Of a DNA stretch of 64,000 nucleotides, positions 21,904 through 32,563 are shown piece after piece; position 1 is the stretch's first letter; the number at the start of each line of letters is the position of its first letter. Source of the stretch: an uncultured Nitrososphaeraceae archaeon (lineage in GTDB: Archaea; Thermoproteota; Nitrososphaeria; Nitrososphaerales; Nitrososphaeraceae); NCBI GenBank assembly GCA_963779615.1, contig CAVZZA010000004.1:160001-224000 (forward strand). The letters run 5' to 3'. Position numbers and translations under genes: made by a program. The notes under the pieces are model-generated. The model was not told where the DNA came from. It did no database searches and saw nothing but the letters and a program-made list of their open reading frames with translations.

Positions 21904-22812
21904 TTAATATCTTTGAGCAGTTCCTGTCAACTCCGAAACATCTCTATAGTTTTTTGATTCAAGATATTTATGCAATCCCCTTAAAATCTTGTTAAAAGAG
22001 CTTAGGCCTTCAAAACCCAAAACAGTGCCAATCTGTACTGCAGAAGCGCCAGCCATCATGTACTCTACCACATCTTTATAGGATAAAATGCCCCCGCAAC
22101 CAATTATTGGAATTTCGATGTTTTTTTTCAATTCATAAACACATCGCACACCAATGGGCTTTATTGATGCGCCTGATAATCCCCCAACCTTATTCTCAAG
22201 GACGGGAAAGCCAGTTTCTGTATCAATTTTCATTGCCCGTATGGTGTTAATTGCCGTTATGCCGTCCGCACCGGCGTCCTGGGCCACTTTGGCGGTGTTT
22301 ATTATGTTGGAGTTTCCAATCCCTACTTTTACAAACAGGGGCTTTGATGAATTGTTTTTAATGCTTTTCACAATGTCATACACAGCTTTTGGGTCATCGC
22401 CTATCTCCATACCCATCTTCTCAACGTGGGGACATGAAAGGTTCAATTCAAAACCCAAAATATTCATGTTTTTTAACTTGTTGACCATTTCGGGAAACTC
22501 CGCAGGTTTTGACCCCACAATGCTGACAATCAATGGAATTTCATTATGTGAGATTTCTTTGGAAAAATATTCCAAGCCTGGGTTGGCCAAGCCAACCGCG
22601 TTTATATAGCTATTTGCATTTATTGGTATGATGGTTGGGTTTCTGTATCCTTCTCTGGGCAGGAGGCTTATTGATTTACTTACAATCGCACCTGCACCTA
22701 ATTTGTGCAGCCTGTTGAAAATATTTTGAGATAGGCCCAAAAAACCTGAAGCAACAATAATGGGGTTTTTAAAATCAATTCCAGCGATTTTTATCGGCAT
22801 AGCACCATCCAA
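21904..22812 (-). CDS. pyrD: Dihydroorotate dehydrogenase catalytic subunit (family 1B)
   Basis: NAVGLANPG, ELNLSCPH, AINT, GGLSG, IIGCGGI. Confidence 0.95.
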   Translation of the reverse strand: MDGAMPIKIAGIDFKNPIIVASGFLGLSQNIFNRLHKLGAGAIVSKSISLLPREGYRNPTIIPINANSYINAVGLANPGLEYFSKEISHNEIPLIVSIVGSKPAEFPEMVNKLKNMNILGFELNLSCPHVEKMGMEIGDDPKAVYDIVKSIKNNSSKPLFVKVGIGNSNIINTAKVAQDAGADGITAINTIRAMKIDTETGFPVLENKVGGLSGASIKPIGVRCVYELKKNIEIPIIGCGGILSYKDVVEYMMAGASAVQIGTVLGFEGLSSFNKILRGLHKYLESKNYRDVSELTGTAQRY

Positions 22813-22958
22813 GGCTTTTTAATTATTTTTGTTTCCATCCATACAAAAAGTTTATGATTTTGATCAACAATTGCTAAGGAAAAACAAAGAATACTTAAAA
22901 CCTGTATGATGTGACAATAATAGTTTTATATTGTTAAAATGATTAATTTTTACAGCAA

Positions 22959-24698
22959 ATGTCCTCCTCCATTTCAGTTACTTCTGAAAAAAAAATATCG
23001 TCATCCAGTTCCAGCAATAATGGCATAAAGTGGAACACTTTAATTCATAATGGAGTGTGTTTCCCTCCTGAATATCAGTTAAAAGCATTGGACTTTAAAA
23101 TAAACGGGGAAACATTTTTGTTAAATGGCGAGCAGGAGGAGCTCATTTACTCATGGGCAAAAAAGAAAGACACGCACTACATCGATGATCCAATTTTCCA
23201 AAGAAACTTCTTGGTTGACCTAAAAAAATTACTTCCTGGTGACATGGCTTCTTCTTTGACAAATATTGGCCAAATTGACTTTAGCAAATTTTTTGTTTTT
23301 GTGGATACAGAAAAAAGGGAAAGGGAAAGGGAAAGGGAAAGGTTAAAGAATTTAACACTAGAGAATAGGAAAAAAATTTTTATGGAGAAAAAAGCCGAAA
23401 GGGAAAGGTTAAAGAATTTTTATGGGAAGGCAATTGTTGACGGTGTCGAAGTAGATGTTGCAAATTGGCTTGTGGAGCCCCCTGGATTATTCATGGGTCG
23501 TGGACAACATCCGCTTAGAGGCAGATGGAAACCCAGGGTAAAACCAAGTGATGTTATTTTAAACTTGGGTGAGGATGCGCCTGCCCCAGAGGGTCCCTGG
23601 CAAAATATTGTTCATGATCATAGCTCCACATGGCTGGCATCTTGGATCGAAACCCTAACGGGAAAAAGAAAGTATGTTTGGCTTCATGATTCATCCCTTA
23701 TCCGGCAGAACTACGATAAGGCAAAATATGATAAGGCAAAGAATTTGGAAAAGTACATCATAAAAATTCAAAATGAGGTAATAAAAAGAATGTCGTCAAG
23801 GGACATCAATCAAAAGAAAATAGCAACAGTTTGCTATTTGATATTTAAATTGGCCATGAGGGTAGGTGACGAAAAGGATCCGGATGAGGCAGATACCGTT
23901 GGAGCCTCAACCCTAAGAGTTGAGCACATAAATTTTGTTAAAGATAAATTTGGAAAAAATGCCATCGAGTTTAATTTTTTGGGCAAGGATAGCGTGCCAT
24001 GGCAAAAAAAAATTGAATTAAAGTCCAAGGACACCGAAACACTCTACAGCAACCTGAAATTATTTATGAAAAACAAGTCAAATTCATCGCTAATTTTCAA
24101 CAATATAAACTCAATGAAAGTCAATGCTTTCCTTAGAAACATTGACCCAAAAAACGTTCCCGGACTCACGGCAAAAGTTTTCAGAACCTATATTGCAACA
24201 ACAGTTGTAAAACAGGTTTTAGCGGACCCGTCATGGAAGGTTTATCCAAGCTCTTCTGAATCAAAAAAAATTTATGCCGCAAAATACGCAAACTTGCAGG
24301 CAGCCATTACCTGCAATCATAAAAAGGGAATTGACCAAAAAAACCCGGCAAGTAGGATGGCCTTTGAAAAATACGAACAGTCCATAGTGAACAAAACCAA
24401 TGCAATACAGTCATTAAGAGATGAAATTTTGTCAAAAAAATGGAAAACAGAAAAGCAAAAAATAAAAATGGAGGAAAGGCTGGAAAGGCTGGAATCCCAG
24501 TTAAGACTTCACAAGGAAACTAGGGACTACAACCTGGGAACATCCCTGAGAAATTACATCGATCCGAGAGTGTTCAAAGCGTGGATGAGTTACATGAATT
24601 TGGATTGGGCAAGAATATACACCTCAACACTGCAAAGAAAATTCTTGTGGGTGGATAATATTTCCAAAAAGGAATTAAGTTCCTTCCTTCCAAAGTGA
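22959..24698 (+). CDS. DNA topoisomerase IB (eukaryote-like)
   Basis: EPPGLFMGRGQHP; catalytic residues in AMRVG, FLGKD, KVFRT, CNH and TSLRNYIDPR. Confidence 0.95.
   Translation: MSSSISVTSEKKISSSSSSNNGIKWNTLIHNGVCFPPEYQLKALDFKINGETFLLNGEQEELIYSWAKKKDTHYIDDPIFQRNFLVDLKKLLPGDMASSLTNIGQIDFSKFFVFVDTEKRERERERERLKNLTLENRKKIFMEKKAERERLKNFYGKAIVDGVEVDVANWLVEPPGLFMGRGQHPLRGRWKPRVKPSDVILNLGEDAPAPEGPWQNIVHDHSSTWLASWIETLTGKRKYVWLHDSSLIRQNYDKAKYDKAKNLEKYIIKIQNEVIKRMSSRDINQKKIATVCYLIFKLAMRVGDEKDPDEADTVGASTLRVEHINFVKDKFGKNAIEFNFLGKDSVPWQKKIELKSKDTETLYSNLKLFMKNKSNSSLIFNNINSMKVNAFLRNIDPKNVPGLTAKVFRTYIATTVVKQVLADPSWKVYPSSSESKKIYAAKYANLQAAITCNHKKGIDQKNPASRMAFEKYEQSIVNKTNAIQSLRDEILSKKWKTEKQKIKMEERLERLESQLRLHKETRDYNLGTSLRNYIDPRVFKAWMSYMNLDWARIYTSTLQRKFLWVDNISKKELSSFLPK
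23316..23342 (+). repeat. (AGGGAA)4.5 coding microsatellite encoding an ER run in topoisomerase IB
   Basis: Read directly from the sequence. Confidence 0.85.
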
Positions 24699-24776
24699 TA
24701 CAATAACATCTGTATCACAAACATCGTAACAGGGATAAAGAGTGACATATAAAATACTAACCAAACAATAACATAT

Positions 24777-25229
24777 ATGGCAGAAAAAAAACACAGGAAT
24801 CCCATCCCAACAATTGACGCGATAATCCATAACCACAAAAATCAGATTTTATTGATAAAAAGAGGAAATGATCCTTTTAAGGATCACCTGTCATTGCCTG
24901 GAGGGTTTGTTAATTATGGGGAAAAAGTGGAAGACGCACTCAAAAGGGAGGTAAAGGAGGAAGCGTCCCTAAGTGTTGAGCCTTTGGAAATTTTGGGTGT
25001 CTATTCAGAACCCGATAGAGATCCCCGTGGGCATATTATGAGTATTGTTTTCATTTGTTTGACGGTAGATGACTTAGATGGAAAAGCTGGAGATGACGCA
25101 AAAGAAATGCATTGGATAAACCTAACTGAATTTGAGAACCATAATTTGGCATTTGATCACAAAAAAATTCTTCAAGACTATGTGAAGTGGAGACACCACA
25201 ATTCAACCTACTGGTCTTCAAAAAAATGA
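24777..25229 (+). CDS. NUDIX hydrolase (ADP-ribose pyrophosphatase-like)
   Basis: PGG...GEKVEDALKREVKEE Nudix box, RDPRGH, LAFDH. Confidence 0.92.
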   Translation: MAEKKHRNPIPTIDAIIHNHKNQILLIKRGNDPFKDHLSLPGGFVNYGEKVEDALKREVKEEASLSVEPLEILGVYSEPDRDPRGHIMSIVFICLTVDDLDGKAGDDAKEMHWINLTEFENHNLAFDHKKILQDYVKWRHHNSTYWSSKK

Positions 25230-25241
25230 CTTGTTGTTTGG

Positions 25242-25565
25242 TTAACTATTCACATCAAAATTTCGGATTGTAGAGATAGTTTTTTCAGTTAATTTGATTG
25301 TAAAGGCAGAGGCATTGTCTGATTGGATTTTTGAAAGATTCTCTAGAAAGGCAGTTTTGTCTTTTCCACGCTCATACATGCCACCTGACTCTTTTATGCA
25401 AAGAGGGAACCTTTGAATTTTTATGTTATTTGAAAACAAATGACCAATAAACTTTAAATAATTTTTTATCTCTGAATACTCCCATTTTTTTTCATCACAC
25501 AGCATTATCCAAACGTCAATAGAGTTTTGGAAAAATGCCTTGTCTCTTAATTCTTCTAAGCTCAA
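25242..25565 (-). CDS. Hypothetical protein
   Basis: 107-aa ORF co-oriented directly downstream of purF. Confidence 0.7.
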   Translation of the reverse strand: MSLEELRDKAFFQNSIDVWIMLCDEKKWEYSEIKNYLKFIGHLFSNNIKIQRFPLCIKESGGMYERGKDKTAFLENLSKIQSDNASAFTIKLTEKTISTIRNFDVNS

Positions 25566-25601
25566 TACACCACTGTTATAGTTGTTTAGGGAATTTAAAT
25601 T

Positions 25602-27050
25602 TTAGTTGACAAAAATTGAATCTTTGATTTGGTATTTTGTTTCAAAGTTTGGCTTTATTCCAAGGGATGAATAATCCCCTGTTGAACATGAAAAACACAG
25701 TTCTTTTTCCTTCAAACCTATCCCCAATGCTAGATTTTCGGTATCATTGTAAATCACTTCATCAGCACCTATTATTTTTGCTACGTTTTCTCCCACTTTT
25801 TTGCTGGACTTTTCATTTTTTGCAAATTGAAAAGCTAAAAGTTCCTCCTGTGAAGGAAAATCAATTCCTGCATAACATGGATATCTTATGGGTGGATAGG
25901 TTATTACCATCGTTATTTTCCTTGCGCCTGCATTCCTAATTGATTTGATTATAGATTCAGAGCTGGTTCCCCTAACGATGCTATCATCAATCACTATAAC
26001 ATGTTTATTGAATACGATTTCTTTTATAGGGAGTATGCTTTGGTTTATCTCAATCCGATCTTCAGCATACGGTTCGATAAAACTCCTCATCGATCCCTTT
26101 TTGCTGTATCTGTCTTTCAATAGCCCCTCCTCAAAAGGCAAACCTATTTTCAATGCAAAACCCAAAGCTGCGGGCCTTGAGGAATCAGGGACAGGGATCA
26201 CCACGTCTGCATCCTTCACGGGGTATTTCATCGCCAGGTATTCGCCAATTCTTTTTCTTGCCATGTAAATATTGATTCCTTCCATAATGGAACTTGGGTG
26301 AGCAAAATAGGTAAACTCAAAGGAACAGTGAGCATGCTGGATTTGTTTGGAAAATCTGTCTGAAGTAATTCCATCTTTGTTAATTTTTAACAGCTCTCCT
26401 GGTTCAACATCCCTCAGCAAAACAGCCCCAATCGAGGACAAGGCACAGGACTCAGATGAAACAACATATGTCTGAGTATCCCTATGATGGCCTAACACTA
26501 GAGGTCTGAACCCTCTCGGGTCCCTTGCTGCAAAAATTGTGTTATCATCCGTTAAAAATGTAAAACAATACGAACCCGCCATCTCATTTTTTAAAATACT
26601 CATTGCTTTTACCATATCGGTATTTTCCTTCAAGTGAGTAACAAGTCTTTTAGCTGCAATTAAGGTATCAGTCGTATTTAGAGGTGAAAACGAACATCCA
26701 CCAACCATATTCGAAAGCTGTTCTGCATTTGTTATTGTTCCATTATGAGCAACGCATAAATCCCTAATTTTCAAAGGTTGGGCATTTTTTAAGGAACTGG
26801 AGCCAGATGTGGAGTAGCGCACATGGCCTATGGCAATGTTGGAGCAAAATTTTTCAACTATTCTGCCAAATTCGTGGGCAGATTTGGAAAGCAACCCTGT
26901 TTTTTTTAACGGCGCTTTATTGGGGACTGCTATGCCCCATGACTCCTGTCCCCTGTGCTGTAGTGCTCTTAAACTGTCTATCAAATAGGGAATTACATTA
27001 CATCCACCAAGAGAAAAAATGCCAACTACTCCACAATTTTCATGGACCAT
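25602..27050 (-). CDS. purF: Amidophosphoribosyltransferase
   Basis: CGVVG after a short propeptide, LQHRGQE, GHVRYST, AHNG, PRPP motif VIDDSIVRGT. Confidence 0.96.
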   Translation of the reverse strand: MVHENCGVVGIFSLGGCNVIPYLIDSLRALQHRGQESWGIAVPNKAPLKKTGLLSKSAHEFGRIVEKFCSNIAIGHVRYSTSGSSSLKNAQPLKIRDLCVAHNGTITNAEQLSNMVGGCSFSPLNTTDTLIAAKRLVTHLKENTDMVKAMSILKNEMAGSYCFTFLTDDNTIFAARDPRGFRPLVLGHHRDTQTYVVSSESCALSSIGAVLLRDVEPGELLKINKDGITSDRFSKQIQHAHCSFEFTYFAHPSSIMEGINIYMARKRIGEYLAMKYPVKDADVVIPVPDSSRPAALGFALKIGLPFEEGLLKDRYSKKGSMRSFIEPYAEDRIEINQSILPIKEIVFNKHVIVIDDSIVRGTSSESIIKSIRNAGARKITMVITYPPIRYPCYAGIDFPSQEELLAFQFAKNEKSSKKVGENVAKIIGADEVIYNDTENLALGIGLKEKELCFSCSTGDYSSLGIKPNFETKYQIKDSIFVN

Positions 27051-27125
27051 TAGATAAGATTATGTTTGTTTGCTATTTATTTGATATTAAGCTATTAATC
27101 TTGCCTCACGGTAGATTTTAGGTTG

Positions 27126-29329
27126 TTAATTAATCCTATTTGTGTTTTTTTCCAAAATGCTCAAAATCGGGTCTTCGTATTTTTTAATCAATTCGGGAAT
27201 GGGAATGTTAAAAATTATACTATCATTGGATTTCAAAATGAAGTTTTTCTCGTCCGTAACCGTGCCAATGTTGGCAAATGGAATTTTTTGCCCCGATAAA
27301 AAATCTTTGATTTTGTCCGGGTGTTTGGTTGAGAGTATAAACCTGTTGTGGGTCTCTGAAAATAAAATATGATCCACTCTTTTGCATGTGTTGGGCATTT
27401 TATTTATATCAACAATAATGCCTAAATCGCTCTGGACAGACATTTCCACTAGAGCGATTACAATACCCCCTTTCGAACAATCATGAACGGCAGAAACCCA
27501 TCTTGTTTTTAGCATTGTTTTGACAGTATCAAAAACTTTTTTCTGATCTGCTAAATTTATAGCCGGCACTTTCCCCCCTACAGTTTTATGATAATGTTCA
27601 TAATATTCAGAACCCCCCAACTCATCATTCGTCATACCTATGATGAAAATTTGATCATCTTTTTGAAGTATCGGGGATCTGATGAATTTTTTATTTTCTA
27701 TCAAGCCTATTGTTCCAATCACCGGTGATGGTTTGATAGGTCCGCTTTTAGTTTCGTTGTAGAGACTTACTTTTCCACCCACTACTGGAATTTTCATATA
27801 GTTGCAGAAATCTCTAATGGCTTTTACACTTTCTAAAAATGTCCAAAAAATCTGTTCATTTTCTGGATTTCCAAACTGCAAATGGTCCACTATGCCTATA
27901 GGTTCTGCTCCAACACAAATTGAGTTGCGAACAGACTCTGCAAGACAACCCAATGTCCCCTGGTATGGATCAATGTAACAATGTTTTGAATTGCCATCCA
28001 GGTTGAATGTGATAAACCTTCCATTCTCTAGTTTTAACACCGAACTGTCCGAAAAACCAGGTTTTGATACCGTTCTTATCCCCACTTCATAGTCAAATTG
28101 CTGATAAACCCATTTTTTGCTACTCAAGCTTGGGTCAGATATCATTGACAAAATAGAGTCTTGTAAATTTTTTGGTACATTTGGTTCAATAAAGGACTTG
28201 TTGATATCATCCAAATAAAGCGGTTTTTCAGACGGTCTGTCCAACAATGGAGCATGCGCAATTAATTTAGATGGCATTTTTGCTACAACTTTCCCATTAT
28301 TTCTAATTATTAAATTCTTGTTATTGTTCACTTTCCCAATGACAGAGTATTTTATATTGTATTCATCAAATATCCTAAATAGCTTAATCTTTTTTTTATT
28401 ACTGGTAACATACAACATTCTTTCTTGGGACTCTGATATCATTATTTCAGTATCAGTGATATCATGATGCTTTAGATGCACATTTGATATCTCTATTTCA
28501 AATCCCTTCTCTAGGCTGTCTGCAGTTTCAGACAAACAACACGACAATCCTCCCCCACCAAGGTCTTTCAAAGCCTTTATGCATTTCTTATCAATGGCTT
28601 CCATAGTGGCTTCTAGCAGTGTCTTCTCTAAAAATGGATCAGGAATCTGAACTGCCGAACGGTTTTCTTCATCCAAATTAGAGGAGGCAAAAGAGGCCCC
28701 GTGTATCCCATCCTTTCCGGTAGGGTTCCCTGCTAGAATTATTATGTCCCCTTTCCTTGCCTTGTTTTTAATCAGCTTGCCTTTTTTCCCATATCCTATT
28801 GAGGCAACATCCACTAAACAATAATTATCAAAAGAGCTATCAAACTCTACCTCGCCTCCCACAGTTGGAACTCCTATACAATTTCCATAATCAGCTATTC
28901 CCCTTACAACATTCTTCAAAAGCCATTGATTTTTTTTACTTGACGATAAATTACTATTGTTGATATTCCCAAATCTCAAAGCATCCAAAAGTGCTATAGG
29001 GCGTGTTCCCATTGAAAGAATGTCCCTAAGTACCCCCCGACCCCAGTAGCGGCACCGCCATGAGGCTCAACCGCTGAAGGGTGATTGTGACTTTCAATAT
29101 GAACTGTAATAACATACCCATTTCCAACATCAATAACTCCTGCATCATATCCTGGCCCTTTGATTACTCTATTCCCTTCTGTAGGGAACGTTCTTAAGTG
29201 TATTTTTGAAGATTTATAGGAACAATGCTCTGACCATTCCGCATTTACAATGTGTTGTTCCAATTCATTTGGGTGACGGCCTAAATTTTCTTTTAAAAAA
29301 TTGTATTCTGATGCATTTAAAATGTCCAT
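27126..29329 (-). CDS. purL: Phosphoribosylformylglycinamidine synthase subunit PurL, split by one frameshift
   Basis: [10 protein letters not shown] and ESHNHPS in ORF 28994-29329; [21 protein letters not shown] in ORF 27126-29012; one extra G in the run at 29033-29038 restores [13 protein letters not shown]. Confidence 0.93.
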
Positions 29330-29344
29330 GTTATTCCCTAATGT

Positions 29345-30034
29345 TTAAACAGTTTTAATATAATTAATAAGCGATTTAAATATAAATATCGCATTTGTTG
29401 AATAGCCACTTGGAACCAGATCGATGTCGCTTGCGCGTTCAGGGTGGGGCATCATGCCCATTATGTTTCCTTTAGCATTACATATGGCTGCTATGTCATC
29501 TATTGAGCCATTTGGATTACACCCTTCGTCATATTTCATGGTTATCTGATTATTGTTTTCGATATCTGTATATGATTGTTTATCGACAAAGTATTTTCCC
29601 TCTCCATGAGCTATTGGGATTGAAATTTTTTGGTTTTGTTTATATAGGTTTGTAAAGGGGGTTTTATTGTTAGTAACGAGAACTTTTATCCACCTGCAAA
29701 TAAATTTTAAGGATTTATTGGGTATTAAGGCGCCTGGTAGCAAGCCAGCCTCAACCAAAATTTGAAAACCATTGCATATGCCTAAAATTGGTAAACCGTC
29801 TAAAGCCATTTCTTTTATGTCATCCATTAAAGGACTATGGGCTGCAATTGCCCCAGCCCTTAACCTATCACCATAAGTAAAACCACCCGGAATAACAATT
29901 GCATCAAAATTTTTAATTTTATCCTTATCCCTGATATAATCAATGTTGACTTTTAGCTTTTTTTTGAAAATGTTATAGACATCCCGATCACAATTGCTTC
30001 CTGGAAAAACGGTAATACCTATCTTTACCAACAA
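29345..30034 (-). CDS. purQ: Phosphoribosylformylglycinamidine synthase glutaminase subunit
   Basis: FPGSNCD, GICNGFQ, AHGEG, MMPHPER. Confidence 0.96.
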   Translation of the reverse strand: MLVKIGITVFPGSNCDRDVYNIFKKKLKVNIDYIRDKDKIKNFDAIVIPGGFTYGDRLRAGAIAAHSPLMDDIKEMALDGLPILGICNGFQILVEAGLLPGALIPNKSLKFICRWIKVLVTNNKTPFTNLYKQNQKISIPIAHGEGKYFVDKQSYTDIENNNQITMKYDEGCNPNGSIDDIAAICNAKGNIMGMMPHPERASDIDLVPSGYSTNAIFIFKSLINYIKTV

Positions 30035-30097
30035 TGTGTTTTGTTATTTATATAATAAAATCCTACTCTTTCATTCAATAGTGAAAAAATCAAAATA

Positions 30098-30484
30098 TTA
30101 TTGTTTGATTAGAACCGCATTGATAATCCCATCCTGTCCTGGTCGGGAAATAACTTTGGCTAACCCGATTTCTGTTTCCAACACAGCTCCCTTGGTAATT
30201 ACACCTCTTCTTTCATAATCTTTATTTGCGGGATTTTTTGTTACCCTTATAATTTTTGATTTTACAGTTTTTTTATTGTCTTTGTCATTGATGTTTGCGT
30301 ATTCGGATGTCTTAAATGCGACTTTGACATTATTACCCCTTACCCGTCTGACCACATTTTTTGTAGTTCCTGCAACTGGTTCGTTGGGGTATCGGTCAAT
30401 TTCATATTTTTTTCGGGTCCTATTTGGAATTATTCTCCCGCCTGTGAATTTTCGGCCACCCAAACTCTCTATAGATTTACGCAC
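30098..30484 (-). CDS. rps8e: 30S ribosomal protein S8e
   Basis: RKFTGG, RVRGNN, ITKGAVLET, SRPGQDG. Confidence 0.96.
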   Translation of the reverse strand: MRKSIESLGGRKFTGGRIIPNRTRKKYEIDRYPNEPVAGTTKNVVRRVRGNNVKVAFKTSEYANINDKDNKKTVKSKIIRVTKNPANKDYERRGVITKGAVLETEIGLAKVISRPGQDGIINAVLIKQ

Positions 30485-30607
30485 AATGAAAATTTAACAA
30501 AACGATAATTAAGTGTTTTTCTTTAACTTTTTTGTTTTTCACATGTGTGCAAAGAATGACCCAAGGCACTACAAGCATTGCAAACATACGCATTACTTGT
30601 TATTACA

Positions 30608-30743
30608 TGCTTTGTTGCATGATTATTGCAAATCGTTTTTTGTTAGCGCTTTGGTTATTATCCAGAGTAACTAGTCATACTTTGATAAGGATTGCCAGGA
30701 AAGTGGCATGTTTTACCTGTATTTCGAATCATGCAACAAAGCA
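30608..30743. mobile_element. 136-bp MITE (non-autonomous, IS5/IS903-like ends)
   Basis: Perfect 17-bp TIR TGCTTTGTTGCATGATT (30608-30624) and its reverse complement (30727-30743), flanked by a 9-bp direct repeat GTTATTACA (30599-30607 and 30744-30752). Confidence 0.9.
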
Positions 30744-30780
30744 GTTATTACACAAAAAGTCAATTTTGTTAAGAATTTTT

Positions 30781-31323
30781 TTACTGCTTTGAATCAATCT
30801 TGGGTTTTTGTGGTTCATTTAACAAGAGAGCTGTCTTGAGGGATTTCAAATCACTTATGCCAAAATAGCTTTGAAACTTTTTTGTTGTGTTGTATATTTT
30901 TAACCTTCCAGCACTTTTTGATATGATAAAGTCCAAGAGTTCCAGTTCTTTTAAATGCGAGTAAACTTTTGAGCCCCTTATTTCAACCAACCTTTTGGAT
31001 GTTACGGGTTGTTCATAGGCGATATAGGACAAAGTCTTTAGCACTGTATTCGGCAGCTGAGGTTTTGATGCAAATTTTTTCACTATAGGCGAATAATTTG
31101 GTTTTAGCTGGAATACGTATTTGCCATCATCCAATTTCACAATTTCTATAGCCTTGAATACAACCTTTGTTTTATTAATTAATTCATTTAAAATTTTTCT
31201 TATTTTTTCCTTTGAGTCAAGTCCAGAAGCCTTTGTAATCTCGTCAATTGTTAATGGACGTCCTGCCACATATAATGCTGCCTCCACTCTGGCAATAACT
31301 TCATCTGGAGGTAACTTTATCAA
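30781..31323 (-). CDS. scpB: SMC-Scp complex subunit ScpB
   Basis: VEAALYVAGRPL, LKTLSYIAYEQPVT, IRG, TTKKFQSYFG. Confidence 0.93.
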   Translation of the reverse strand: MIKLPPDEVIARVEAALYVAGRPLTIDEITKASGLDSKEKIRKILNELINKTKVVFKAIEIVKLDDGKYVFQLKPNYSPIVKKFASKPQLPNTVLKTLSYIAYEQPVTSKRLVEIRGSKVYSHLKELELLDFIISKSAGRLKIYNTTKKFQSYFGISDLKSLKTALLLNEPQKPKIDSKQ

Positions 31324-31334
31324 TTATGTAAAGA

Positions 31335-32138
31335 CTAGTTACTCAAAACAGTTATTTTAATTAAAGCTATATTACTATGTCTGCATTTAACGTCCTCATT
31401 ATCACCACAAGCGCCATTGCTATCAACCGAGCCCAACCCGTCCTTCTCGCTGCCATCAGTTTCTGTTGGGTTTTCATAGCAAATATCTATTTTTCCCCTC
31501 ATGGCCAAATAAAGCATTGCTATAAAGTATCGAGCTATCTCTAATTCACTCATGTTCTCAACAAAATCATTGAACACCATCTCTTTTTCATTGAAGATTT
31601 TATCAAACAGTTTGGATTCATATTCTTCTATAACTTTTTCAAATTTTATCAAATACTCCTGAAAATCAAATGTTTCAACCGGTTCTAATTCGATTAGGTT
31701 TTTTCGGATAGGGGGTTTTGACAAGTCTGTAATCATATTTTCCAGTATCAGCAACAATTCTTCCAAAGACGCAGGATAGAGAGTCTCCTTGCGATATGGC
31801 AACGACAAATTGCCAAGTTCTGGAATTGGTAGTTTCTTTTCCTCGTTTTTATTTTTTTCACCAGTGCTTTCTTTTTGGTTGGCTATTTTGTCAAGTCTAA
31901 AAATTGATTCAACTTTTAATCTGTGTATCAAAGCAGATGTGAGAATTGCAACCCCGCATACACGCAAATCTCTATTTCCAGATAATGCAAGCAATTCCAA
32001 CAGCATTTCCAAAAGTTTTACTATGTCAATTTTCCATACATCTTGTTTATCTATGAGGGAAGGATTAAACAATAGGTTCAAAGGCGGTTGGGAAAATCTT
32101 TTTTTTGTAATAGAGTCATTTGGTTCTTCAACAGTCAA
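31335..32138 (-). CDS. scpA: Kleisin ScpA
   Basis: DVWKIDIVKL N-terminal motif, C-terminal winged helix FIAMLYL; adjacent to scpB. Confidence 0.85.
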   Translation of the reverse strand: MTVEEPNDSITKKRFSQPPLNLLFNPSLIDKQDVWKIDIVKLLEMLLELLALSGNRDLRVCGVAILTSALIHRLKVESIFRLDKIANQKESTGEKNKNEEKKLPIPELGNLSLPYRKETLYPASLEELLLILENMITDLSKPPIRKNLIELEPVETFDFQEYLIKFEKVIEEYESKLFDKIFNEKEMVFNDFVENMSELEIARYFIAMLYLAMRGKIDICYENPTETDGSEKDGLGSVDSNGACGDNEDVKCRHSNIALIKITVLSN

Positions 32139-32563
32139 AGCAGTTTACATTAAATAATCCCACCTATCATTTATTGGTATTTGCCTTTTTTAGTGCGACT
32201 TTATCGCCAATGAAGGCAACGCAGGATATGAATTTATTATGATGGGATATTCCCCTTTTTTGTATGCTATACAAATTAGGGAAAGGAAAACTTCAAGTAA
32301 GTTGGGCAACATTTCGATTTTGCAAATATGTTAAATCCCGTTTATTTTTTTGTATTTCCCTAATTCATCATATCGCATTACCAAAAACAAAGAAATTAAA
32401 TTCGGCAAAAAAAAAATCAATGAATAAGCCAAAAAATTTGCAGAATAAGCAATAAACTTGGTTTTACCTTATGAAGGGTAAAACTTTGTTCAAAATACAT
32501 TTATATAATATTTTCAAGATGAAAAAACTTAGTTAAAGTTGTTTACAGGGGGGATTTATTGAA

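Noticed and set aside
22959-24698. Eukaryote-like topoisomerase IB as a novelty
   Set aside because: A known hallmark of Thaumarchaeota.
30532-30792. 86-aa plus-strand ORF
   Set aside because: Spans the MITE and overlaps the scpB end; composition is not protein-like.
32274-32365. 11-bp inverted repeat AATTAGGGAAA / TTTCCCTAATT
   Set aside because: Short, in AT-rich DNA, and with no target duplication.
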